A DNA stretch of 64,000 nucleotides. It comes from Macrostomum lignano. Lineage: Eukaryota. Positions 1 through 11,377 of this stretch are shown here, one piece after another. The notes under the pieces were generated by a model. The model was not told where the DNA came from. It made no database searches and saw nothing but the letters and a program-made list of their open reading frames with translations. Positions within the stretch are counted from its first letter, which is position 1; each line of letters begins with the position of its first letter. Where the stretch lies: assembly GCA_002269645.1 (NCBI GenBank), contig NIVC01002495.1, positions 1 through 64,000 of the forward strand, in the 5' to 3' direction. The position numbers and the translations under genes are program-made.

Positions 1-1729
1 ACAAAACTTGTTCCTTGTTAATAGTTAGAATAGAGTTAAACATAAATAGTGTACATTCATATAATTAGGATTTGAGGCAAAAATTGATATTGTTGGGGCG
101 GGTGCTGCACAGAATGTCAGGCAAACTCTGGCCTCTACGTACCTCTGCCTCTCCCTATGTCCTTTGCATCCTTTGAAACTTCCATCTTCTTTTCTGTTTC
201 CTATCTTCTCTCTCATCTCTTCTCTCTCTCCGCTCTTATCTCTTCTTTCTTCTCTCCTCTCTCGTCTCCTCTCTCGTCTCTTCCCTCTCCCCTCTATTCT
301 TTTCTCTCTCTTCTCCTCTCTTCGCTCTGGTCTCTGGTCTCTCATATCTCCTTTCTCCTGTTTTATTTTCTCATTTCTCTCTGCTCTCTCTCTCTCTTGC
401 TCTCTGCTCTCTTCTTCCCTCACCTCTTTCTCACTCCTTACTCTACCCTCTTCTCAACACTTTCCTTATCTCTACTCTCTCCTTTTTCCTCTCTTCTCTC
501 AACTCTTTCCTCTCCTCTGTCCACTCTGTCCTCTCATCTCTCTGCTCTCTCCTATCCTATCTCTCTTCTCTCTCTTCTCTCCCCTCTTTCCTCTCCTCTC
601 TGGTCCTTTTCACCAATTTCCCCTGTCCTCTCGATTCTCTCCCTTCCCCTCCTCTCTCCTCATTCATTCTCATCTCTCCCTTGTCTACACCTCTCATCCC
701 TTATTTCTTATCTCTCCTCTTTTCTCTCTACTCTCCCATCTCTCGTCTGTTCACTCTCGTTTCTGCTCTCTCATCTCCCCTCTCTTATCTGTCATCTTTA
801 CTCTCATATGTTCTCTCACCTCTCTCCCCTTGTACTCCTCTCTTTCCCCTTTTTGACTCAGGAGGACTCGATCCTTTCTTCTTTCTTCTCATCTTTTCTC
901 TTCTCTCTTCTATACTCTCTCCCTCTCTGTCTTCTCTCTTCTCTCTCACTCTCTCTCTCCTCTCTTATATCGTCTGTTCACTCTCATCTTTGCTCTCTCA
1001 TTCCCCTCTCTCTTCTATCATCTCTACTCTCCTCTCTACTGTGTACTATTCTCTTTCCCCTCTTCTGACTCCTCTCTTTCCTTACTCCTCTCTTCTCTTC
1101 CCTCTTTTATACTCTTCCCCTCTATTCTCTTTTCTCTCTCTCCGCACTCTGCTCTCTCTTCCTTCATCTCTCATCTCTACTCTACTCTCTCATATTTCCT
1201 TTCATCTCACTCATCTCTACAATCTCATTTCTTTCCTCTTTTCTCCTCTTCCCTTTACTCTATCATCTCTCCTTTGTCCTCTCTTCTTTCTCAACTCTCT
1301 CTCTCTCATCTCTATCTTCTCTCTTCTCTCGTCACTTGTCTCTCCCCCTCTTATTTCCTCTCCTCTATCCTTTCTAATCCCCCCTCTCAATACTCTCATC
1401 TCCTCTTTGTTCTCTCATCTCACTCTTCTCTACTCTCCTCTCTCATCGATCCTCTGTCTCATCTCTCCCCTCTTCTCTCTCCATCTTCTCACCTCTACTA
1501 TTTCCTCTCCCTTCTCTCTCCCCTCCTCTCGCTTCTTTGTCCCATATTCTCTGCTCTCTCCTCAACCTCCTCGTACGTCTCTCCTGTTATCTTCTATCTT
1601 TTCTTTTATCCCCTCTCGCCCTTCTCCCTTTCTAATAGTCTATTCCTTTTCCTTTTCACTCTCATTTGGCCCGTAGCCATGAGCTGGATTCTTTATCTGG
1701 CCTTTGAGATAAAAATCTGCCGATCCCTG
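1..1729 (-). mobile_element. Non-autonomous hAT-like element carrying a ~1.5 kb CT-rich tract; one end at 1729, other end not seen
   Basis: The reverse complement of 1665-1729 (CAGGGATCGGCAGATTTTTATCTCAAAGGCCAGATAAAGAATCCAGCTCATGGCTACGGGCCAAATG) matches 5163-5230 and resembles the CAGGGGTCGGCAA terminus at 60562. The polypyrimidine tract spans ~160-1670. Confidence 0.55.
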
Positions 1730-2169
1730 CTTCGAAAGCCAGTTTGTGGGACGTAGTACTATCATGGTTGTTATCATTTCCCATGCTTTAATCACGTCAT
1801 CTTTCTGGTCAATTAGCAGCGCTGAGAGAATTTTGTATATCTCCAGCTCCACCACCAAAGTCTGCACTCTGCAGCAGTCTAACAACCAAGGGAAATACGC
1901 ATTTCTTAGGAGCCATTTAAATTTTAAAGTACCTTATGCGAATCTTAATGTTAAAATTTTATGGTGTAACTAATTTAGTAGGATTGCATTGTAATAAGTT
2001 ATTCATTAATTTTTCGATATTTTTATAAACCATCCCACATTGCCTTGATTTGCCATCCTTGTTTAACTGCTACAGACTTGTCTATTCAGAGGAAAGGAAA
2101 GTGGTTTAAAATTGAATCTCTCGCTAAACTCTCTCCTCTCCACGCCTCTCCACTCGCGGGGGTACAGAG

Positions 2170-2720
2170 AAGGCTATTAAAAAGTTATTCCAAAACACTG
2201 TACATTCGCTATGTACATTCAGTCCTATCGCCTGACCCTTCGTCTGGCTCTGGGGGAATGAGTGAGTGAGTGGCACAAACAACAGAAAAAGCAGACAAAC
2301 TTCACATGCTTATAGTTTCTTTTTCGGTTGAGCTACAGAGTTGAAACTTTACATTTAGACAGAGAATGGGTCAATGAAGAATTGTGTCAAGTTTGAAGTC
2401 AATCGCTTTACGTGGTGCAAACTTATGGCAGCTGAAAGTTAGTCAATTTTAAAACCCTTTTACACATCTGGGCCCAGATCGGGAAAGAGAGGCAGGCGGG
2501 CGGAGGTTGGGGTGGTTGCTACGCTGAAAAAAACAGCCTAACTTTAAAAGTGCACAGCGGCTTTCAGGATTAACTTTGAGATTTGAAATTTTACACGATT
2601 GTGTCAAAATAGTTGAAAATTGCCTGTGTCAAATTTGAAGAGAATCGGTAGAAGTGGAGCGGCGCTATGGAGGATTTAGTGAAAAAATCGCGCATTTTGA
2701 GCAGTTTTTTGTACTTTTAG
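2170..2720 (+). repeat. Dispersed repeat copy A; inverted homolog at 8770-9330; possibly helentron-associated (DINE-1/HINE-like)
   Basis: 2340-2460 (GTTGAAACTTTACATTTAGACAGAGAATGGGTCAATGAAGAATTG...TTTGAAGTCAATCGCT) is the reverse complement of ~9030-9150. The family assignment rests only on general resemblance. Confidence 0.7.
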
Positions 2721-2857
2721 GTAGGAAGACTTGAGTCTAGGAAATTTAAAGGTAGCCTAAGACATTCTCCGTAGTAAGTTTAGGGTGGGTGTAAAGTTAG
2801 GTATAATTTGGTTGAGTGGTTTGGGAGTCCATAGCGATCAAAATTGTCTACACACAG

Positions 2858-2888
<31 letters not shown>

Positions 2889-3143
2889 TTTGATTTTTAT
2901 AGTTAGAGATTTGGCCGTCACACTGCTTATGCACTGGCTGAAGCAATTTTATCACTTCATGCACACATACATGCGCAACAGTTGGCCGAGTTTGAATATA
3001 TGTCAATATATAAAATAATCTCTTTAGATTAGTTTGATTATGACTGAGGAAATAGACTTAGATTCTTATATAATTAGACCAAATAAACATATTCTTGTCT
3101 TGTTTCTTTTTATTTCTACCTAGGCCTTTGCTGACTATACCAC

Positions 3144-3316
3144 ACATGCTTGGGTGCAACCTTGGGATTTACTTGGCCATTTCTATTGGCAACACACACA
3201 CATGTATGTTGCTATTGAACAGAATAGTAATCACATGACTGTTCTCAGCCAATAGCGACTTACATGTGTGTTGCCAATCAAAACAGCCAGGTGATTCCGA
3301 AGGTTGCGCACATATG
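3144..3316. mobile_element. Hairpin MITE, copy 1 (~170 bp)
   Basis: Imperfect palindrome: CAACCTTGGGATTTACTTGGCCATTTCTATTGGCAACACAC ... GTGTGTTGCCAATCAAAACAGCCAGGTGATTCCGAAGGTTG. A second copy lies at 3550-3737. Confidence 0.7.
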
Positions 3317-3549
3317 ATGCCACAGCTTGCACTAGCCTTATTGGCATGTCTACTTAGCATCAGTCTAATGAGACCACTGCCAGAGCTACTACAGCTAATC
3401 AATATCAAACTACTATGGCCAATGCTAGTGCTAGTGATACTGACGACAGTGTATTAGAGGATTACAATGGAGATGGTGAACCTATGGCTAACACTGAGAA
3501 AGGCCTGCTAGTTGTACTAGAGCCAATCAGTGTAGTGTAAGTATAATAA

Positions 3550-3737
3550 ACATGCTTGGGTGCAACCTAGGGATTCACCTGGCCATTTCTATTGGCAACA
3601 CATACATGTAAGTTGCTATTGGATGGAATAGTAGTCACATGACTACTTTCAACCAATAGCAACTTACATGTGTGTGTGTGTGTGTATGTGTGTTACCAAT
3701 AGAAACGACCGGGTGAATCCTAAGGTTGTGCATGTAT
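3550..3737. mobile_element. Hairpin MITE, copy 2
   Basis: Direct homolog of 3144-3316 with the same long inverted arms; sits just upstream of the recognisable hAT transposase remnant. Confidence 0.7.
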
Positions 3738-3789
3738 AGTGATAGAGTAGCTTGATGAGGCATCTGAATCTCATGATCTTGGCCATGGT

Positions 3790-5000
3790 CTACTGCCCCA
3801 TCACATGAGATGCACTGCCCACACTCCTAATCTGGTGGCTACAGCTGATGTTCAGATGCTAATTTGAATTCTCAGTCTAGCAATGCATTTGTTATCAGTA
3901 GCAAAAGTCAATAAGTATTCCAACAGCAATTCTGACAAACAACTGCCAAAGCTCAAGCTTTATGGAATATGTAGGGCCAAAGCACACAAGCTGCTAATGA
4001 CATTAAAAACCTTCTTGCATTCAAATTGGCTGTCCCAAATGTCACTCATTGGAATTCTTTCTACTGCCCTGTGAAGCAGCTATGCACAATCTTCGACAAA
4101 ACCATTGCTCTAGCTCAGTCTGAAAAAGATGCAAATAAGCATCTAGCACTAAATCATCTTATGCAGCAATTGCAGAAGCCAATACCACCATTTAAAACTA
4201 ACAACGTCCAATTTTTTATCGAAATCAAATGGGCATCTTGCCTTTTAGAGATGGCTTTGGATTACCTTCAAGGAAAATCCCAGGCTTATCTGGGGGTGCT
4301 GATACCAACAATTACAATAACTATTAGCAAACTGAAGGCAGTCAAAATATCTGGCTTGCAATTTTGCAACATACTTATTGAGATTATGATTTTTGGAATT
4401 CAGAAGCGCTTTGCTTTAGCATTTGACGACATAGATTGCCTGCTTAGTGTTGCATTCCACCCAAAGTTTCAGTTTCAATGGCTAGATACTTGTTATCCCG
4501 AGAAGGCTATAATTGTTTGAGGGCTAATGGAGAATGCAGTGAAAACTGCAATTGAAGATGACAACAAAGGCAGCCTTAAAGAAAACACTAAAAACATTTC
4601 TTTACATTGGCCTGCTGATCACTCAAAACTGATTGCTGATTGCTGCAAAACACATAAAATTGATTGTTGCAATGCTCACCACAGCACTGCCAAAGCCACA
4701 GAGGGGCTAGAAGAGTCAGTTGATTTTGTTAGCAATATTATCCAGACATGGCAAAATCTCATTATGGATGACCCAACTCCTCTAAGTCAAGCTCAGATTA
4801 TTGTTGAATCCTGGCAAATTCCTCATACAATGCGGCAGACCAGCTGACTGACAAGGCATTCCTATACAATAAAAACCTTTTTGCTTGTTTATCTGCTACA
4901 ATACCCCAATACCATCAAATGCTAGTGTTGAGCTGCTGTTTTCAATGTGCAAGGATATTCTTTGAGCAAAGCGAGCACCACTTTCAGACGTGATGCTCAC
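3790..5000 (+). pseudogene. Decayed hAT transposase (stops and frameshifts)
   Basis: CxxH motif LPHHMRCTAHTPNLVATADV (~3795), RW-type motif LAVPNVTHWNSFY (~4030), helical region ...LLSVAFHPKF, and C-terminal dimerisation motif YNTPIPSNASVELLFSMCKDIL*AKRAPLSD (4897-4990). Confidence 0.85.
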
Positions 5001-5162
5001 CTAACTAATGTTTCTGCAGGGCAATTGCATGGTTCTTTGGCAGTATGAATCAAACGAATGAGTGACAATTTTTACTGATGAGTAATGACAATTTTACACA
5101 AGTGGTAAACTGATAGACGTATATTCTTATTCAAAAATCAAAATGACGAGTTCATTGTAGAA

Positions 5163-5400
5163 CAAGGGTCAGCGAACTTTTGTGTCAAGGGCCAGAAAAA
5201 AAATCTAGCTTATGGCTGCGGGCCAGATGAAAGTGGGATTGGAGAGGGAATAGAAGTTGGAAGAGGAGAAAAGAGGGAAGAGAGGGAAGAGAAGAAGGGA
5301 AAGAGGAAAGAGAGAAATGAAAAGGGAAATAAACCTTAAGAATGCCTGATTGCTATTGTCATATTGTGAAGTTTTAAAGAACTGCAGGGCCAGATAGAGA
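5163..5400 (+). mobile_element. Truncated hAT (Charlie-like) MITE with short purine tract
   Basis: Starts CAAGGGTCAGCGAACTTTTGTGTCAAGGGCCAGA after TTGTAGAA (NTCTAGAN-like target). Homologous to the terminus at 1665-1729. GA tract at 5235-5330. Confidence 0.55.
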
Positions 5401-6232
5401 GGCTTTGTTATTAACAGAAATTAAGATTTTCATTAATGGTGCCCAACATTGAATTCAAGCAATATCTACAGATGTTTTGAAATTTCAATTTCAATTTTCC
5501 AAATTTTGGAATTTTCAAGTGCAAATTTTGATTTTTTTAAAAATTGTAATTAAAATTTTGAAAGAGTCTAGTTTGAAATTTTTTGTTTCATCTGATTTTT
5601 TAAGATTTTTGTTATTGTCTAATGATATTTCACAGTCAGGAAGGTAGTAGATTTTACACAAAATTGTGGCGCACACAGAGGATTTTTTTGGTGCACATGG
5701 CACAAATGGCGTAGAAAAAAATTTATTGTGCACCATGTGTGCATATACAACGCACAAAGTGTCTTACCTGGCAGTCTATACTGTATTAACTTCTTAGTTC
5801 ACATGTAAAAGATGAAACACAATGACAAACTTACTTTTTTAAATTTAAAATGGCACAAAAAGGTTTTTTTTTTATTTATGGTAACATAACATATGTACTT
5901 GAAAAAATATTACAACAATTGTTGGTTTTTAAACTCAAAACGATAAATTAAAAAACACATAAAATTATATGTGCACCTTCCTGACCATGGATGATATTAA
6001 TATGAATCAATTTTTCAAAAATATTTGGATTTGGTTTAAAATTATTTTGGAGCATTTTTGGAACTGCTATAAACTGATAGAATTAGCAATGTGCAATTAT
6101 AATGTGCTATGGTTATTATACATCAACACATTGAAATTTAAATATGAAAATGGTTGACCCTATAACAATTACAGCATATGAATTCACAAAAATGATAACT
6201 TTTGTTAATAGGCCTATATTATTAATTCTATA

Positions 6233-6516
6233 TATACATACATGCACAACAGTCGGCCGAGTCTGCCGATTGATTTGGCAGCCAACCAAGGAAGTCACAA
6301 AAATGCCCACCCAAAAACACCCAGTAGTAGTACTAAGTAGCTGACAAGGCATTTTGGCTTATTAAGACAGTCATAGTCATTTACCCAAAGTTGCAATAAT
6401 TTTTCTTTAGGTTTTTTACATGCAAGTTGCATTTTTGTCCCAAAAAACTACATCACATTTTTTTTAAAACTAAGTTGCATGGCCGACATAATTTGGAGGT
6501 TGCGCATGTATGTATA
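6233..6516. mobile_element. MITE with 18-bp TIRs
   Basis: TATACATACATGCACAAC (6233-6250) versus GTTGCGCATGTATGTATA (6499-6516), one mismatch. Related termini occur at ~2965, 3313 and 3735. Confidence 0.6.
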
Positions 6517-8769
6517 TATATAATACAAAGTTATTCATACTACATATAAAAATGATCTACACAAATTGATTGCTATTCAACAAATCAGTGAAATATATAT
6601 ATTAAAATAAACCCTATATCCAATGAAAACCATTAATATATATATATACATTCTACTATGTTTGATACATCAAACATAAGAGCAAAAAACATGGCATGTA
6701 CATTGTATACATATATATATATATTTACATCAAACATAAGAGAGCAAAAAACATGGTATGTACATTGCATAGAGAAAAGTATATATATGTATAATTAGTA
6801 ATTAGTACATATACCATTATGCTATTTAAACATATATGTTCATTGTATGTATATGGCAAAGGGTGGCTTAAAAAGTTATATATATGTAGTGACCTTTGCG
6901 AAAGTTTGATGCATTAAATATGAATTATTTATTTCTAGAAATTTCTCTATAGAGTAAAAATTAAATTCTTGAAATTTTTTCTCATAGTAACTAATTCTAA
7001 TACTTGCATTTAATAAATATTTAATGTATATTTTAATACAATAAAGCAGTACTACAATTAATGCAAATCTAATAGGAATCAATAATTAATATTTGTTTTG
7101 TTATAAAACTCAGAATATTCTAGAAGTTTCTGGCAATGCTCTTGATGGCTATAAATAAATGGCGCCAACTGCAGATAATCTTTACCTTCTTATTCTTCTC
7201 CTTACTTCTTACTCCACTGTCTTTTAACCAAATATAATAGGAACCACTACCTAGCTTTTTCTTTTTCTTTAATTTACATTAAATTCTTACAACTGGTCTA
7301 GTGACACATAGGCCTATAGTTATACATAATATGCATGCTGATACTCAAATTACTCTGTCATCCAAACAAAAAGCTAACCAATATTGATTTAACCTACTGT
7401 AAAATATATTGAGCTATAAAAATGAGTGTTGGTCATAGTATACATTGTACAATTTATTTTGATTTTGGAAAAAAGCTAATTTTGATCTTGATTTCAATAG
7501 AAAATACATTTTTGGAATATCTTTAATTAATAAGATCTATGTTTTTAATTTATCATTTTGTAGCATTTAGTAGCTTAGTTTTCAAAGTAACATTGTCTAT
7601 TAAAATATTGATTTTTATTAGAATAGGCCTAGGCCTACTAAAAAAAGAAATATATATATAAAATATAATAAAACCTATAATACAAGCCATAACCATTTAA
7701 TTTAAAAAAATAAATTTTGGCTTAATCAAATAAAACAATAAATTCTTTACCTAATTATAAAAACTACTATTGTTGGAAAAGAAATTAGGATAATAAGCTA
7801 GTTCTAGGGTCCAACAGTTTAATTTTATTAGGATTTAGAACAAGGGCCTGGCTATCTACTGACCTACATTTTATTTTTACATTGCATTCTACTAGGCAAA
7901 TGTAGGAAATAAAATTGTCTAGGCCTACACAAGAAATATATAGCCGAAAAGCCAAACCAACCAACTAGAATCATACGATGATCACATTGATCAGCTACTT
8001 TAATTATTAACCTTATTAATACCTTATTAATAGGGGCCATTTACATCTACATGTAATTGATCATAAATCTTTTATTTTAATAAGCGCGATGTGATTTTAA
8101 GATACTTAAATACCCAACAAAGTTGTTTACGTTTTATTAAAGAAAAGAGTCTAGTAGCGAAACTATAAAATCAAACGCTTCTAACTTTATCTAAATCAAG
8201 ACGTACAAATAGTACTGAAGATCTAACGCGCGGTAAAATTTATATTTTATTTTAAAAAACTTTATTTTCTTGCTCACTGTCCACTTCTAAAACTAAAATA
8301 CTAAAACAAATCGTATAAGGTTTTTACTAGTTCTTAGTTTTCCTTGATTAAAAATACTTTTAAAACACATCTTAAAATTTCTTAAACCTAAAATCTTGAA
8401 TAAATTGTCTAGAGAATGAATAACAATAAGGGCTGTTGATTCAAACTACTAATGATGATTTATCTAATTTCATTGTCAAGTCAAGTCAAGTCAAGAGGAT
8501 TAAATGAAGGTTATTGTTACTTCTTCATTGTGCCTATGTCTAAGTAATCTAGTAGGGTGTAAATGGGTCTATGAAATTTGCTAGCAGGAAATCTGCTAGC
8601 CGAAGTTTGCTAGCGAGAAATTTGCTTGCAGAAATCTGCTAGCCGAAGCTTGCTAGCAGGAATTTTGCTTGCGAGGATTTTGCTAGCGAGAATCCAACCA
8701 AAACCGGCAAGAAGTAATTTGTCTAGCCGAACTCAGGAAGTTGTAATTATCTTAGAGAAGAGACAATTT

Positions 8770-9330
8770 TGCTTGCCCAGTTTCGCAAGAATTTCACTAA
8801 ATCCTCTATAGCGTCGCTCCACTTTTACTAATCCTCTTCAAATTGGACACAATCAATTTTCAGCTATTGTGACACAATCGTGTAAAATTTTGAGTCTCGA
8901 AGTTAATTCTGAACGGCACTGTGTACTTTTTTTAAGTTTGTCTGCTTTTTGTCAGCGAGACAGCCACCCCAACCTCCGCCTCTCTCCAATTCCTCTCCTT
9001 CCTGTCAACTGGACAGAACTGGAAAGGGTTTAAAATTAACCAACTTTCAGCTGTAATAAGCTTGCTCCATGTACAGCGATTGACTTCAAACTTGATGCAA
9101 TTCTTCATTGACTCATTCTCTGTCTAAATATAGTCTCAACTTTGTACCTCAATCAGGACAGAAACTGTAGACATGTGAAGTTTGTCTACTTTTTCTTTTG
9201 TGCCACTCATTGGACTCATCCAACTCATTCCCCCAGACCAAGGATCAGGTAAAAGGGCTTAGGGGCTAGGGTCTAATGTATATAAAAAAATGTATAGGGT
9301 TTTGGAATAACTTTTTGTAGGCCCCTAGCC
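8770..9330 (-). repeat. Dispersed repeat copy B (inverted homolog of 2170-2720)
   Basis: Block-by-block reverse-complement similarity to 2170-2720. Confidence 0.7.
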
Positions 9331-9614
9331 CCTTAGCCTTTTCTATTAACATTTAGCCATGATAGTTTAATAAGGAATTCAACTAGGCTATTGTCCTACT
9401 AGGCCTACAAGCTATCTGATTGCAAGTTGAGAATATTCTGTCCCCCACAATAACAAACTGACTTTCTAAGCACTTGAACTAATGCTGATAAAACATCAGC
9501 ATCAGTTAATCAGTTAAATATAGTTATAAAATATTTGGGATTTTTACCCACTTCTAGATTTTTTTAAACTAAAACCATGCATTTACCATTGGCAGAAAAC
9601 AAGCAATCTTTTGA

Positions 9615-10666
9615 GGGTGCATGATAATTGACTGCCAACAAAATGACTGCGGACAAAATGACTGCCAACAATTTGACTGCCGACAAAATGACTGCCAACA
9701 AAATGATTGCCAACAAAATGACTGCCAACAAAATGACTGCGGCAATTTGACTGCCAACAATATGACTGCGGCAATTTGACTCCCAGCAAAATGACTATGG
9801 CAATTTGACTGCCAGCAAAATGACTGCTAGAAAAATGATGCTCCTAAAGTTTAGCACTCTGTCAACCCTTTTAAGTCTATGCATGTAGTGAAATATTGTA
9901 TTTAAAAGCTAGAATGATGCTGAACAGAACACATAACTTTTATACAACAAGCTGTAACAGCTGTTGAAAGCCGTGGATTTTGAACAGTGGGAAATGGGAA
10001 TTCCAATCTTAGGAACTATTTTGCATATATTCTAAAATCTGAAGTTAAACTCAAGCAAAAACTTTTATTATTAGAGTTAAACATAATAACATAGATTACA
10101 TTCGTGTAAAATTAGGATTGGAGGCAAACTATTGATATTGTTGACTGGGGTATAGCGCAGAATGTCAAAAAAACTCTGGCCTTTACTTCTGCCTCTTGAT
10201 CCCTATGTTCCTTGCATCCTTTGAACCTTCTATCTTCTCTTCTGTTTTCTCACTTCTCTCTCGTCTCTTTTCTCTCGTCTCTGCTCTCTCATCTCCCCTC
10301 TCTCATCTGTCATCTTAACTCTCTTATACTGGTATGTTCTCTCACCCTTTCCTCTGTACTGTTTTCTTTTTCCACTCTTTTGACTCCTCTCTTTCCTTAG
10401 TCCTCTTCTTTTCCCTCTTCTATACTCTCTCCCCTTTATTCACTTCTCTCTCCTCTTTTGCATTTAACGAGAATGACTGCGGCAGTCAAATTGCCGCAGT
10501 CATTTTGTTGGCAATCATTTTGTTGGCAGTCAAATTATTGGCAGTCATTTTGTCCACAGTCATTTTGTTCGCAGTCATTTTGTCGGCAGTCAAATTGCTC
10601 GGCAGTCAAAGTGTCCATAGTCAATTTGACTACAGTCAAATTGTGGCAGTCAATTGTTGTAGACCC
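9615..10666. mobile_element. Mutator-like (MULE) foldback element with 15-bp subterminal arrays and perfect 9-bp TSD
   Basis: TSD ATCTTTTGA at 9606-9614 and 10667-10675. Termini GGGTGCATGATAATTGACTGCC / GGCAGTCAATTGTTGTAGACCC. AAAATGACTGCCAAC arrays at 9630-9830, inverted at 10470-10650. Confidence 0.85.
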
Positions 10667-11377
10667 ATCTTTTGACACTAGTTGCAAGAAGTTTGGTCAG
10701 CAAATTCCTGCTAGCAGATTTTGGCTAGCAAAATCCTTACTAGCAAAATTCTTGCTAGCAAACTTTAGGCCTAGCTAGCAAACCTTGGCTAGAAAACTTT
10801 GGCTAGCAGATTTCCTACTAGCAGACTACTCATGACTAGGCCTAATCAATAGAGCACTCAGGAGGATAATGCTAGAGAAACTAATAGCCCTATGATTGTA
10901 TTGCCATTTTTTGGCCTGTGCTCTATTGAGTTCAAGAAAAAAGTGGAACAACTATTAAAAAAAGCCTCAATGTGCAGCCTGTGAGCCTGTGATCACATTC
11001 CCAGTAGGCCTATCTGCAACTTGAAGTCCCATGTGTCTTGGCCTCTCAATGCAGGTGTTGTTTATATATTTCATTGCTCTGGTGACTGTAGTGTTTTATA
11101 CATCAGAAAAACTAGTGACACTTATATACTAGGGTCAAGTAGCACTGGACCAAAAGATCTACTATATAGGAGCACCTTCTCATATGCAACTCATGCTGTA
11201 CTGTAATAGCAAACCAATTGATTTATTTAAGATTATCAATTCCTGCCACCATGAGCATACTTTAAATATCTTAAAGGCTATGTAAATCAAAGATCAGAAC
11301 CTAAAGTAAATAAAAACAAGTTAATATTTATTCTCTCATTCATTTTATTCCTATTTATTAAGCAAGCTACTCTACTA

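Larger units (their letters stand above)
8565..10836. mobile_element. Degenerate foldback-type element with inverted ~15-bp GCTAGC subterminal arrays (outer element)
   Basis: Left arm GGGTCTATGAAATTTGCTAGCAGGAAATCTGCTAGCC (8565-8700); inverted right arm GGCTAGCAGATTTCCTACTAGCAGAC (10700-10830). No intact TSD found. Confidence 0.55.

Noticed and set aside
25-1756. Long Ser/Leu-rich and Arg/Glu-rich ORFs
   Set aside because: They are translations of the CT tract, open in several frames only because low-complexity DNA lacks stops.
5762-5774. CTTACCTGGCAG match to the U1 snRNA 5' end
   Set aside because: Only 12 nt match, which is simply the complement of a splice-donor-like sequence; the rest of U1 is absent.
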